Shown here: in pieces, positions 19,503 to 29,180 of the stretch | Layout of the letters: each line of letters begins with the position of its first letter | Position numbering within the stretch: the stretch's first letter is position 1 | DNA from: a bacterium | Lineage (GTDB): Bacteria > UBA8248 | Assembly (NCBI GenBank): GCA_965203325.1 | Contig: OZ241875.1 | Location: 3,968,001 to 4,032,000 of the forward strand | Direction of reading: 5' to 3' | Length of the DNA stretch: 64,000 nucleotides | Notes under the pieces: generated by a model | Told to the model about the DNA's origin: nothing | The model's input: only the letters and a program-made list of their open reading frames with translations | The model's database searches: none | Translations under genes and position numbers: made by a program

Positions 19503-20596
19503 TCGGCAAAGACTCCTTTGGTCAGGCCCGCGGGGTCGGGCATCGGGCTTTTGAGCGCCTCATCGCGCGCGTCTTCCGCGTCTTGTCTCGCTCGCTTATG
19601 CGATTCGGTTACTTGTTCCTGCGTCATGACGCCGAACTCGATGAGGGTTTCATCCAGCCGCTTGATGGGGTCGCGCTCGCTGGTCCATTTCTCGAAGTGT
19701 TCCATGTCCACGTAGTCGGAGAACTTGTCGTACACCGAATGCCCCGCGGCGCGCAGCGTGATGCTCTCGATGAGCGTGGGGCCGCCGCCCGCCCTCGCGC
19801 GCGCGAGCGCCTCGCTGCAGACGTGGTGCACCAGGGGCGCGTTCGTGCCGTCGATGAGAAAGCCGGGAAGCCCGTAGCCGGGCGCCTTGAGCACCAGCGC
19901 GTCACAGGCGTATTGATCGCTCAACAGCGTCTTGTAGGCGTACTGGTTGTTGTCGATGATGATGACGAGGGGGAGTTTGCGCACCGCGGCGAAATTCACC
20001 GCCTCGTGGAAATCGCCCGCACTCGTGCCGCCGTCTCCGATGTAGTTGATGGTGGCCTCGCCCTTGCCGCGCGCCTTGGCCGCCCACGCCACGCCCGTCG
20101 CGATGGGCACCATGGTGCCGATGTGGCTGATGAGCTGGGTGATGCGCTTGGGCCGGTAGCCCATGTGAAAATTTCCGTCGCGTCCGCCGGAGGGGCCGTC
20201 GGCGCGTCCGAAGAAATGCGACATGATGCTCCTGGGCGGATGGCCCTTGGCGAGGTGCGCCCCGCAGTTTCGGTGCATGGGCACGAGCCATTCGTGATCT
20301 TCGAGACACATCGCGCTCGCGACGCTCGCCCCCTCGTTCCCCCTGCCGAAAAAGGCGGTGCCGGGGATGTGGCCGGCGCGAAAAGCGGAATCGAGCGTCT
20401 CCTCGACCGCGCGGGCGAGCGAGACGAGATAGTGCATCCGCTCGGCGGTTTCCTGGTCGGGGAGGATCTCTTTTTTGGTGAAACTCACCCAGCGCGCCTC
20501 CAGGCCGTCCACGGCGAGGTAGCGATCGGCGAGATCGGTATAAAAATCGAGGTTCGCCAGCTCCTCGCGCGTGGCGAGGGGGTGATTCGCGTCCAT
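19499..20596 (-). CDS. 2-oxoacid dehydrogenase E1 alpha subunit (TPP-dependent)
   Basis: GDGG...NNQYA TPP motif and GPTLIE..R..GHS. Confidence 0.95.
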   Translation of the reverse strand: MDANHPLATREELANLDFYTDLADRYLAVDGLEARWVSFTKKEILPDQETAERMHYLVSLARAVEETLDSAFRAGHIPGTAFFGRGNEGASVASAMCLEDHEWLVPMHRNCGAHLAKGHPPRSIMSHFFGRADGPSGGRDGNFHMGYRPKRITQLISHIGTMVPIATGVAWAAKARGKGEATINYIGDGGTSAGDFHEAVNFAAVRKLPLVIIIDNNQYAYKTLLSDQYACDALVLKAPGYGLPGFLIDGTNAPLVHHVCSEALARARAGGGPTLIESITLRAAGHSVYDKFSDYVDMEHFEKWTSERDPIKRLDETLIEFGVMTQEQVTESHKRARQDAEDARDEALKSPMPDPAGLTKGVFAE

Positions 20597-20875
20597 GCGG
20601 CTCTCCTTGCGCCCATGCAGCGGAAAAATGTGAGAGAGCGCTCCTTTTGAGCGGTCTTATCGTGATTCTCACTCGCTGTCGGGGCTGTCGGTATTAAACC
20701 ATAATTCGCAGTGAAATGAATATCCCCTTTGAAACGCGCGCGCTTTGAATATAGAGTTGGCCTCCTGAGAACGAGAAGGGAATGGGCGCGCTTTCGCCGG
20801 AGCTTTCCGGCGGGGAGAGGCTGCGGTGATTGATGGTGGCTGAGAACGTCGGCCAGTATGAAAAGTGAGGGAAAG

Positions 20876-21784
20876 ATGAGTCTTCTGGTGGTCGGTTCCA
20901 TGGCGATAGATTCGGTGAAGACGCCTTTCGGCGCGCGCGAAGAGGCGGTCGGGGGGTCGGCCACCTATTTCTCGGTGGCGGCGAGCTATTTCACGGACGT
21001 GCGGCTCGTGGCTGTGGTGGGGGCGGATTTCCCCGAAGGCACGCTCGAATTCCTGAGAGAGCGCAAAATCGACATATCCGGCATCGAAAGAAGCGATGGC
21101 CGGACCTTCCGCTGGAAGGGGGAGTACGGGTTCGACTTGAACACCGCCCACACGCTCGACACGCAACTGAACGTCTTCGAGAGCTTCTCGCCCAGGTTGC
21201 CGGATGATTTCCGCGACACCGAATTCATCTTTCTCGCGAACATCGATCCGGAGCTTCAGGCCGCCGTCCTGGGCCAGGCGAACACGCCCAGGCTCGTGGC
21301 GTGCGACACCATGAACTTCTGGATCGAGGGAAAGCGCGAAGAATTGCTCAAAACGCTCTCGATGGTCGATCTGGTCGTCATCAACGACGCGGAGGCGCGC
21401 GCGCTGTCGGGCGAGGCGAACATCGCGCGCGCCGCGCGCCGCATCAGAGAAATAGGCCCAAAGACCCTGGTGGTGAAACAGGGCGAGTACGGCGCGCTTC
21501 TTTTTCACGAGGACGGCGTGTTCTCCGCCCCCGGGCTGCCGATAGAAGACGTCTGCGACCCGACGGGGGCGGGCGACAGCTTCGCCGGCGGCTTCATGGG
21601 CCATCTCGCCGCAACGGGCGACCTGAGCGAGGCGGGGATGCGCCGGGCGGTCGTTTTCGGCAGCGTCATGGCGTCGTTCAACGTGGAGTCGTTCAGCTAC
21701 GACCGCATGCGCGCGCTCTCAGAGGAGGAGATTGACGCGCGCTACCGGGCGTTCAGCGAACTGGCCCACTTCGAGCGCCTCTGA
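20876..21784 (+). CDS. PfkB family carbohydrate/nucleoside kinase
   Basis: GGSATY, VKQGEYG and DPTGAGDSFAGG motifs. Confidence 0.95.
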   Translation: MSLLVVGSMAIDSVKTPFGAREEAVGGSATYFSVAASYFTDVRLVAVVGADFPEGTLEFLRERKIDISGIERSDGRTFRWKGEYGFDLNTAHTLDTQLNVFESFSPRLPDDFRDTEFIFLANIDPELQAAVLGQANTPRLVACDTMNFWIEGKREELLKTLSMVDLVVINDAEARALSGEANIARAARRIREIGPKTLVVKQGEYGALLFHEDGVFSAPGLPIEDVCDPTGAGDSFAGGFMGHLAATGDLSEAGMRRAVVFGSVMASFNVESFSYDRMRALSEEEIDARYRAFSELAHFERL

Positions 21785-21793
21785 GGCCGGGCG

Positions 21794-22387
21794 GTGTCGC
21801 TCAGGATCATCGGCGGCGCAGCCAGGAGCCGGAGAATCCCCTCGCCCGAGGGAGAGGGCGTACGGCCCACGGGCGAGCGGGTGCGCGAGGCGCTGTTCAA
21901 CATCTGGGGGGGCGCGGTCGTCGGCGCGCGCGTGCTGGATTTGTGCGCGGGCTCGGGCGCGATATCGCTCGAGGCGCTCAGCCGAGGCGCGGCGGGCGTG
22001 CTCGCCGTAGAGAAAAACCCGCGGCTTTGCGCGGCGATGCAGCGAAACGCCGAGGCCTTAGGCCTTAGCGAAGGCCTGGAGGTCCGCTGCGCGGACGTGG
22101 CCCACGAGATCGGGCGCATCCGGGCGCAGGGCTCCCGCAGGTTCGATCTGGCCTTCGCCGATCCGCCCTGGAGGGAAGACGCGTTGCGGCAAGAGTTGCT
22201 CGATACCGTCTTAGCGCCCGAGCCGATATGCACGCAGTTGGTGATGGAGGCGCCCCGGGGCGTTGAGGCGAAAAGCGAGGTGGGCGAGGCGAGACTCGTG
22301 CGCGAGAGGCGCTACGGCGATACGCGTCTGCTCTTCTACGAGGCGGAATCGGCGGGGATATCGGGCGATGGTGACGTGTCAAAATAG
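21794..22387 (+). CDS. rsmD: 16S rRNA m2G966 methyltransferase
   Basis: LRIIGG, RPT.ERVREALFN, LDLCAGSG, EALSRGA, DPPW and RRYG motifs. Confidence 0.9.
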   Translation: MSLRIIGGAARSRRIPSPEGEGVRPTGERVREALFNIWGGAVVGARVLDLCAGSGAISLEALSRGAAGVLAVEKNPRLCAAMQRNAEALGLSEGLEVRCADVAHEIGRIRAQGSRRFDLAFADPPWREDALRQELLDTVLAPEPICTQLVMEAPRGVEAKSEVGEARLVRERRYGDTRLLFYEAESAGISGDGDVSK

Positions 22388-22438
22388 AAATTCTAAAGGC
22401 GCTGTGGGACGCGAAAACGGGATTTCGTCGATAAAACT

Positions 22439-22630
22439 TGTGCAAAAACAATGCTTAAAACGAAAACGCAAGGCCTGATGAGGCGAAAATTTAGTGTATG
22501 TTATTGAAATTATTTACATTAGAAGGTTTGCCCAAAAATGTGTCAATATGTTTTAAGTGACGGAAAATAGGGGGTTTAGAGGCCCTCTAAACAGACTTAT
22601 CCACAGCTTATTCACGGATTCTGTGGGCAA
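22439..22630. promoter_or_regulatory. DnaA-box cluster next to an AT-rich tract
   Basis: TTATCCACA at 22597-605 (perfect), TTATTCACG at 22608-16, reverse TTGCCCACA at 22622-30 and reverse TTTTGCACA at 22439-47; AT-rich stretch at about 22487-22560. Confidence 0.55.
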
Positions 22631-22665
22631 ATGTTACAGAATTGTTACAAATAGGGGAAAGTGAA

Positions 22666-23427
22666 TTGCCACAACTATTTGATTTAAGCGGAAAGAGGGC
22701 TTTGGTCACAGGAGGCGGCACGGGACTCGGGCGCGCGATGGCCCATGCGCTGGCCGATGCGGGCGCCGACGTCGCCCTGGCGGCGAGGCGAAAGGAAAAA
22801 CTCGAGGAGGCGGCGGAGGAGATTCGCGCCCTGGGCCGGGCGGCCCACGTCGTCGCCTGCGACCTGACGGAGCCCGACTCCATCCGCGACGCGGCGCGCG
22901 AGGCGGAAGACGCGCTGGGGGCCATCGACGTTCTGGTGAACAACAGCGGCGTGAGTGGGGAGGGCTGGGCCACCGATCTGCCGATTGAGCGCTGGAACCA
23001 GGTGCTGGAGACGAACCTCAGGGGCGCGTTCCTGATGAGTCAGGCGGTGGCGCCCGGGATGATAGAGCGCGGCGGCGGCGCGATCGTGAACGTGGCCTCG
23101 GTCGCGGGCTTCATCGGGGTGAAGATGCTCTCCGCCTATTCGGCGAGCAAGGGCGGCCTGATCCAGCTCACCAAGACGCTCGCGCTCGAATGGGCGAAGA
23201 CGGGCGTGCGCGTGAACGCCCTGGCGCCCGGTTATTTCCTCACGGACATCAACAGCAAGTTTTTCGCGTCCGATGCGGGCGAGCGGATGATCAAGGCCCA
23301 CATCCCGATGGGGCGTATCGGCCGGCCCGAGGAGCTCAAGGGGGCGATCCTCTTCCTGGCGAGCGACGCTTCGAGCTTCATGACGGGCTCGACCCTCGTC
23401 GTGGACGGCGGACAGTACGCGCAATAG
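22666..23427 (+). CDS. SDR family oxidoreductase (KduD/FabG-like)
   Basis: TGGGTGLG, NNSG, YSASKGG and VNALAPG motifs; probable TTG start at 22666. Confidence 0.92.
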   Translation: MPQLFDLSGKRALVTGGGTGLGRAMAHALADAGADVALAARRKEKLEEAAEEIRALGRAAHVVACDLTEPDSIRDAAREAEDALGAIDVLVNNSGVSGEGWATDLPIERWNQVLETNLRGAFLMSQAVAPGMIERGGGAIVNVASVAGFIGVKMLSAYSASKGGLIQLTKTLALEWAKTGVRVNALAPGYFLTDINSKFFASDAGERMIKAHIPMGRIGRPEELKGAILFLASDASSFMTGSTLVVDGGQYAQ

Positions 23428-23621
23428 GGGTTGTTGAAAAAGTCCTATCCGCCTCATCCTGAGTAGCGGCGGAGCCGCGTATCGAAGGATGCCCGCTCGC
23501 CCGGCGCGAGGCGTTCGACCCCCCGCGCCCTTCGATACGCCGCCTTCGGCGGCTACTCAGGGTGAGGAAAGAGGCGTTGGCGGTTTGCGGGGGCCGCAGA
23601 CGGGGCTTTTTCAACAACCCC
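23427..23621. repeat. MITE-like element enclosing an inverted REP pair
   Basis: GGGGTTGTTGAAAAAG ... CTTTTTCAACAACCCC perfect termini. Confidence 0.85.
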
Positions 23622-23998
23622 GATTCATGTGTGATTCAGCCTTGGCGTTCTGGGCGTCGAAGCCGAAAAATCGAAATAAACGAAAGAAGGGACTTGACCT
23701 CGGCGCGCGCTTGACCCATAAGATCGGTGTTGCTTTTGCGAGGAATTGCATGATCTCCGCCCGTTGAGTCACGCAACCTCGCGTCTGATGGATCGATATG
23801 GAGTATTGATTCGATGAAGCATCAGGATCGCAGGAGGTCCTGGGGCGTGTTCAAGACGCCCCGCCATCCACTGGCTTCTTAGGAAACCAGCGCGTTCACC
23901 CGTCTTGCGCGCAAGCGCCCCACCACACACGAAAACCCGGCGTTCCGCCAAGGCGCACATTCACGAAAACATTGAAATTCCCAAGGAGCCTGAAACTC

Positions 23999-25633
23999 AT
24001 GGCGAGACAAGCCACGGCAGCACGAAAGAAACCATCCAGAGGCAGGGCATCGAACAGAATACGCATTTTCGACACCACGCTCAGGGACGGGGAGCAGTCG
24101 CCCGGCTGCAGCATGGATCATTTCCAGAAGGTGCAGATGGCGCTTCAACTCGAGAAACTGGGCGTGGACATCATCGAAGCCGGTTTTCCCATCGCGTCGA
24201 ACGACGAGTTCGAATCGGTGCGCGACGTGGCGAAGGCGGTGACGAAGACCAGCGTCGCCGGTCTTTCGCGCTCCGCGCGCGAGGACATCGACCGCTGTTG
24301 GGAGGCGGTGCGCCACGCGAAAAAGCCCAGAATCCACACCTTCATCGCCACGTCCGACATTCACTTGAAGCACAAGCTCAAGATGACGCGCGCGCAGCTC
24401 CTGAAGGAGATCGCCGCCTCGGTGCGCCATGCGCGAAAACTCTGCAAGGACGTGGAGTGGAGTGCTGAGGACGCAACGCGCTCGGACTGGGACTTCCTGG
24501 CCGAGACGGTGAAGATCGCCATCGAGGAGGGAGCGACGACCATCAACCTCCCCGATACGGTGGGATACATCATCCCCAGCGAGTTCAAGCGCTTCTGGGA
24601 GCATATTTTCGAAAAGGTGCCGAGCTATGACGAGGTGGTCTTCAGCGCGCACTGCCACGACGACCTGGGACTCGCGGTGGCGAACAGCATCGTGGCGGTC
24701 GAATCGGGCGTGCGGCAGGTGGAGTGCACCATCAACGGCATCGGCGAGCGGGCGGGCAACGCCTCGCTCGAGGAGCTCGTGATGGCCATCGCCACCAGGC
24801 GTGATGAGCTCAACTATAAATCCGGTATCAAGACGCGCGAGATCTACCCCACGAGCAGGCTGCTCACCTCCATGACGGGCGTGCCCGTACAGCCCAACAA
24901 GGCGGTGGTGGGCAAGAACGCCTTCGCGCACGAGGCGGGCATCCACCAGCACGGGGTGATTTCGAAGGCCATCACGTATGAGATCATGACGCCCAAGTCC
25001 GTGGGCAGGCCCTCGAACACGCTCGTGCTCGGCAAGCACTCGGGGCGCGCGGGCTTGCGGAAGCGCTACGAGCAACTCGGCTTCAAGATGTCGCGCGAGG
25101 ACATCACGGCCATCTACCCGCGCTTCATCGACCTGGCCGACAAGAAAAAAGAGGTCTACGACGAGGACTTGATAGCGCTCTTGCAGCAAAACCGCGCCGA
25201 GGGCGGGGAGAACTACTACAACCTCGAGTTCCTGCAGGTTACGTCCTCCACGGGCACGCAGCCGGCCTCCACGGCCACGGTGCGGATCCGCCAGGGCGAG
25301 GCGGAGTTCTCCGACGTGAGCCAGGGCAACGGCCCCGTGGACGCGGCCATCAACGCCATCTGCCGGGTGGTGGGCATCGAATGCCGCCTGGCGGATTTTT
25401 CGGTGAACGCCGTCACCCGGGGGCGCGACGCCCTCGCCGAGGTGAACATGATGGTCGAGTTCGAGGGCGACTTGCAGATAGCGGGCCACGCCACGAGCCC
25501 CGACACGGTCGAGGCGGGTGCGAAGGCCTTCGTGAACGCGGTGAACAAGTTCAAGCTCACCGAAGATATGCGCAAATCCAAGGGCAAGGGGCGCAAGGCG
25601 AAAGCACCCGCCGAGCGCCCGCGCGGCATTTGA
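23999..25633 (+). CDS. leuA: 2-isopropylmalate synthase
   Basis: FDTTLRDGEQSPG, HCHDDLG, GERAGN, HEAGIHQHG, LGKHSGR and regulatory-domain GNGPVDA motifs; AAGGAG RBS. Confidence 0.95.
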   Translation: MARQATAARKKPSRGRASNRIRIFDTTLRDGEQSPGCSMDHFQKVQMALQLEKLGVDIIEAGFPIASNDEFESVRDVAKAVTKTSVAGLSRSAREDIDRCWEAVRHAKKPRIHTFIATSDIHLKHKLKMTRAQLLKEIAASVRHARKLCKDVEWSAEDATRSDWDFLAETVKIAIEEGATTINLPDTVGYIIPSEFKRFWEHIFEKVPSYDEVVFSAHCHDDLGLAVANSIVAVESGVRQVECTINGIGERAGNASLEELVMAIATRRDELNYKSGIKTREIYPTSRLLTSMTGVPVQPNKAVVGKNAFAHEAGIHQHGVISKAITYEIMTPKSVGRPSNTLVLGKHSGRAGLRKRYEQLGFKMSREDITAIYPRFIDLADKKKEVYDEDLIALLQQNRAEGGENYYNLEFLQVTSSTGTQPASTATVRIRQGEAEFSDVSQGNGPVDAAINAICRVVGIECRLADFSVNAVTRGRDALAEVNMMVEFEGDLQIAGHATSPDTVEAGAKAFVNAVNKFKLTEDMRKSKGKGRKAKAPAERPRGI

Positions 25634-25642
25634 CGTAAAATC

Positions 25643-25671
25643 GGGGGCGGCCCTCTCCGGGGGGCCGCCCC
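25643..25671 (+). terminator. GC-rich hairpin after leuA
   Basis: GGGGCGGCCC-TCTCCGG-GGGCCGCCCC stem with only a weak U-tract. Confidence 0.5.
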
Positions 25672-25719
25672 GCATATTTGTTGCCCTCCCGATTCATCCC
25701 CACGCAAGGAGATTCCTCC

Positions 25720-27093
25720 ATGACCTACCCGGCCACAAGAGAGCTGGCGAAACGAATCGCCGCGGTCCTTCCACCCGACGTCGGCGCTACGGCCCGCGCG
25801 GGGGCGCGAAACGCCGCCCTCGACACGCTGGGCGTGATTCTGGCGGGCCGGGGAGATGATTGCGCGCGGCTGGCGCATCGGCTGGCGGTCGCCGAGGGCG
25901 GCGCGCCACTCGCACGGCTTATCGGCACGACGGGGCGCACGAGCGCCTCCTGGGCCGCATTCGTGAACGGCACGGCGGGCCATGCGCTCGATTACGACGA
26001 CGTGGATTTCGTGATGCTGGGCCACCCGAGCGTCACCCTGGTGCCCGCCCTCATCGCGCTGGCCGAGGAGCGGGAAATCGGCGGCGCGCGGGTTCTCGAA
26101 GCCTATGCGGTCGGTTTCGAACTTTTGCACGTCCTGGGCCGCGCGGTGAACCCCCGCCATTACCGCCGGGGCTTTCACGCCACGGCCACGTTGGGATCCG
26201 TCGGCGTGGCGGGCGCCTGTGCGTACCTGTTGGGACTGGACGAAGAGCAGACGCGGAACGCCCTGAGCCTGGGGGCGAGCGGCTCGGCGGGGCTGGTGTC
26301 GAACTTCGGCACGATGACCAAGCCCTTCCACGCGGGCCAGTCCGCGCGGGCGGGTCTCGTGGCGGCGAAACTCGCCGAGGACGGCTTCACAGCGGCCGAG
26401 GATACGCTGGAGACAGGCTTCACGGCGGCCATGGCGGCGGAGGCAATCGGGCCCAAGGCGCATGAATTCGCGGACTGGGAGGGCGCGGTCGCTCCCTGGG
26501 GGCGGCCCTGGGACATCGAAGAGGGCGTCTGCGTGAAGATTCACCCCTGCTGCGCCATGACGCATCCGGGCATCGACGCCATGCTCGACCTGGTGACCAA
26601 AGAAGACATCGCGGTCGCCGACGTGGCGGCCCTGGGCGCGCGCGCATCGACCATGACGCTCAAGGTTCTGCGCTATAAGGAGGCGACGACGGGTCTCGAG
26701 GGGAAATTCTCCATGCCGTTCTGTCTGGCCTCCGCCCTGGTGGACCGCAAGGTGGGCATCCGCCAGTTCGAGGAAGACAGCGTCGCGCGGCCCGAGATCG
26801 CTGCGCTCCAGAAGCGCGTGGCCTTCGAGCTCGATGAGAAGATGGCGCGCGAGGACCCCGAGACCGAGGCGGCCGAAGTCTGGATCAAGCTCAACGACGG
26901 CCGCGAACTTTCTCGCTTTTTCGCCCGCGCGCGCGGCCACGTCGAAAACCCCCTGAGCGAGTTCGAACTCAAGGAAAAATTCCTCGAATGCGCCGCCGAC
27001 CTTCCCGAAGGAAAGGCCGAAGCCGCCTGGGACGCCTGGTATCGTCTCGATGAGGCGGAGGACCTTACCCGCCTCACCGCCATGCTTTCATAG
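25720..27093 (+). CDS. MmgE/PrpD family protein
   Basis: GHALDYDD..GHPS, GFHAT, TMTKPFHAG, KIHPCC and GKFSMPF motifs. Confidence 0.92.
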   Translation: MTYPATRELAKRIAAVLPPDVGATARAGARNAALDTLGVILAGRGDDCARLAHRLAVAEGGAPLARLIGTTGRTSASWAAFVNGTAGHALDYDDVDFVMLGHPSVTLVPALIALAEEREIGGARVLEAYAVGFELLHVLGRAVNPRHYRRGFHATATLGSVGVAGACAYLLGLDEEQTRNALSLGASGSAGLVSNFGTMTKPFHAGQSARAGLVAAKLAEDGFTAAEDTLETGFTAAMAAEAIGPKAHEFADWEGAVAPWGRPWDIEEGVCVKIHPCCAMTHPGIDAMLDLVTKEDIAVADVAALGARASTMTLKVLRYKEATTGLEGKFSMPFCLASALVDRKVGIRQFEEDSVARPEIAALQKRVAFELDEKMAREDPETEAAEVWIKLNDGRELSRFFARARGHVENPLSEFELKEKFLECAADLPEGKAEAAWDAWYRLDEAEDLTRLTAMLS

Positions 27094-27100
27094 GGGTATC

Positions 27101-27157
27101 CGTAGGGGCAAACCCCTCCTCGGGGTTGCCCCACAGTTCGTGAACCGTCCCTGCAAT
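27101..27157 (+). repeat. 57-bp GTAG-type REP-derived direct repeat, copy 1
   Basis: Matches 28777-28833 at 54 of 57 positions. Confidence 0.85.
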
Positions 27158-27344
27158 CTTGATTTACCCTGTAGCCAAGTTTGTTCTTGCCTGTTATTCC
27201 GGCGTACGCTGAAGCGGCGGTGACGTTTGCCGCATTGATCGAAACAAAGCCTCATTCTCCGGGCAGAACTGACAATCTTGCCGCCGCGCGGCGTGGGGGA
27301 TATTATCGTCTCGCCGCTGGTAACTCGTACCAAGGAGATCGAAC

Positions 27345-28646
27345 ATGAAACGCAGGGAATTTCTTGTAGCGTTGGCGGCGACGGCGCTGACCCCCGCGAC
27401 CGGATGGGCGGCGCCAGCAGGTATGCGCTTGAAGGCCGAGCCCGTCACCGCCCGCCTCCTGCCGGATGGGCAGGGGGTGACGCGGATGCTCGGGTTCAAC
27501 GGGTCGACGCCGGGTCCCGAAATCCGCGCCCGTCAGGGCGGCCGGGTAGCCGTCGCCTTCGAGAACGGGATCGACAGCGCTTCCGCCATCCACTGGCACG
27601 GCATCCATATCGCCAACGCGATGGACGGGGTGCCGGGCCTCACACAGGCGGCGGTCAAGCCGGGCGGCGCGTTCGACTACGTTTTCGACGCATCCCACCC
27701 CGGCACCTATTGGTACCACTCGCATGAGCGCTCCTGGGAGCAGGTGGCGAAGGGACTCTACGGCCCCCTGATAATCGAGGAGCGCGACCCCCCGCGCGTC
27801 GACCACGACATCACGGTGGTTATCGACGACTGGCGCCTCACGCGCAGCGGCGAGTTGCACGCAAACTTCGGCAACCGGCACGACTTCTCCCATGACGGGC
27901 GGCTCGGCAACTTCGCCCGCGCGCTGGCCTCACGCGAAACGGTAAGACGCGGCGACCGGGTTCGCCTGCGGCTGATCAACACGGCGACGGCCCGGATTTT
28001 CCCGGTGCGGATCTCAGGCGGCGCGGGCAAGGTCGTGGCGCATGACGGCATGCCTCTGGCGGCGCCCGAGCCGCTCGGCGAACTCGTCCTCGCCCCCGCT
28101 CAGCGGACCGACGTCATCCTCGACGTGGCGGGGTCCGTCACCTTCGCCCTCCTGACCCGGCGCGAACCTTATGAACTCGGCAAAATAGCGGCGAAAGGCG
28201 CGAACCCGGCGCCCATCGACACTCCTATCGCGGCCTTGCCGCCGAATACCGTTTCAGCGCCCGATCGGAAAAAGGCGAAGCGGCTGACGCTCGCCATGCA
28301 GGGCGGCGCGATGGGCGGGCGGCACGGGGGTAAGGATTTCTGGGCCTTCAACGACTATTCCGGCTTGCCCTACGCGCCCTGGCAGCGCTTCGAGCGCGGC
28401 GAAACGGCGCTGATCACCATGCGCAACGACACGGCCTTTCCGCACGGCATCCACATCCACGGCCACCACTTTTATGAACTCGACGAGAACGGCGCGCCCG
28501 GCCATTACCGCGACACTACGCTGGTCGACCCGCGCCGGCGGCGGGACGTCCTCTGCGTGTTCGACAACCCCGGCAAGTGGCTTATCCACTGCCATACCCT
28601 GGCCCACCAGGCGTCGGGCATGAAGACCTGGGTCGAGGTCGTCTGA
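27345..28646 (+). CDS. Multicopper oxidase with Tat signal
   Basis: KRREFL Tat motif; HWHG, WYHSH, HGIHIHGH and HCHTLAH..GM copper ligands. Confidence 0.95.
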   Translation: MKRREFLVALAATALTPATGWAAPAGMRLKAEPVTARLLPDGQGVTRMLGFNGSTPGPEIRARQGGRVAVAFENGIDSASAIHWHGIHIANAMDGVPGLTQAAVKPGGAFDYVFDASHPGTYWYHSHERSWEQVAKGLYGPLIIEERDPPRVDHDITVVIDDWRLTRSGELHANFGNRHDFSHDGRLGNFARALASRETVRRGDRVRLRLINTATARIFPVRISGGAGKVVAHDGMPLAAPEPLGELVLAPAQRTDVILDVAGSVTFALLTRREPYELGKIAAKGANPAPIDTPIAALPPNTVSAPDRKKAKRLTLAMQGGAMGGRHGGKDFWAFNDYSGLPYAPWQRFERGETALITMRNDTAFPHGIHIHGHHFYELDENGAPGHYRDTTLVDPRRRRDVLCVFDNPGKWLIHCHTLAHQASGMKTWVEVV

Positions 28647-28776
28647 CGGGGGTTCTGCGGGCAATAGCGTTCGCCACGGAATCGGGTCATTCCGGGGAAT
28701 GCGCCGGATGGGGGTGAATTCACCACATTGCCGGCGGAGTCGAGCGCGGAAATCGAATCCCGCGTAGCCGATCACT

Positions 28777-28833
28777 CGTAGGGGCAAACCCCTCCTCGGG
28801 GTTGCCCCACGGTTCGCGAACCGCCCCTGCAAT
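28777..28833 (+). repeat. 57-bp direct repeat, copy 2
   Basis: See 27101-27157. Confidence 0.85.
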
Positions 28834-28948
28834 TGCGTTTCTCATTTGCGAAGAATGGATAAGGCACCCGTAGGGACAGGTCGCGACCTGTCCCTGTACC
28901 CTTCTCGGAAGAACCCTTATTCGGCCAGCATACTCTCCCTCATCGGAC

Positions 28949-29180
28949 TTGTTTAAAAACCCCCTGAAAGGGAAATCCCATAAAACCAACCCCCCCCTAC
29001 CCCCCCTTGTCAGGGGTCAAAACCGAACGAAGAGGGAGGTTTTGCAAGACGATGTGTTTCTCGTCAATGGCTTATGCAAACGCTCGTTCATCACTCGCGT
29101 TTGACCCCTGACAAGGGGGGGTAGGGGGGGGTGCCTTCAAAGAGGGAGGTCGGGGGTTCGCGCGAAAGCGGCCTTCCCGC
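28949..29180. repeat. MITE/REP-like element of the same family as 3164-3335
   Basis: Shares the TGAAAGGGAAA..CATAAA..CAACCCCCCTAC and GAGGGAGGTCGGGGGTTCGC.CGAAAGCGGCCTTCCCGC segments. Confidence 0.8.
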
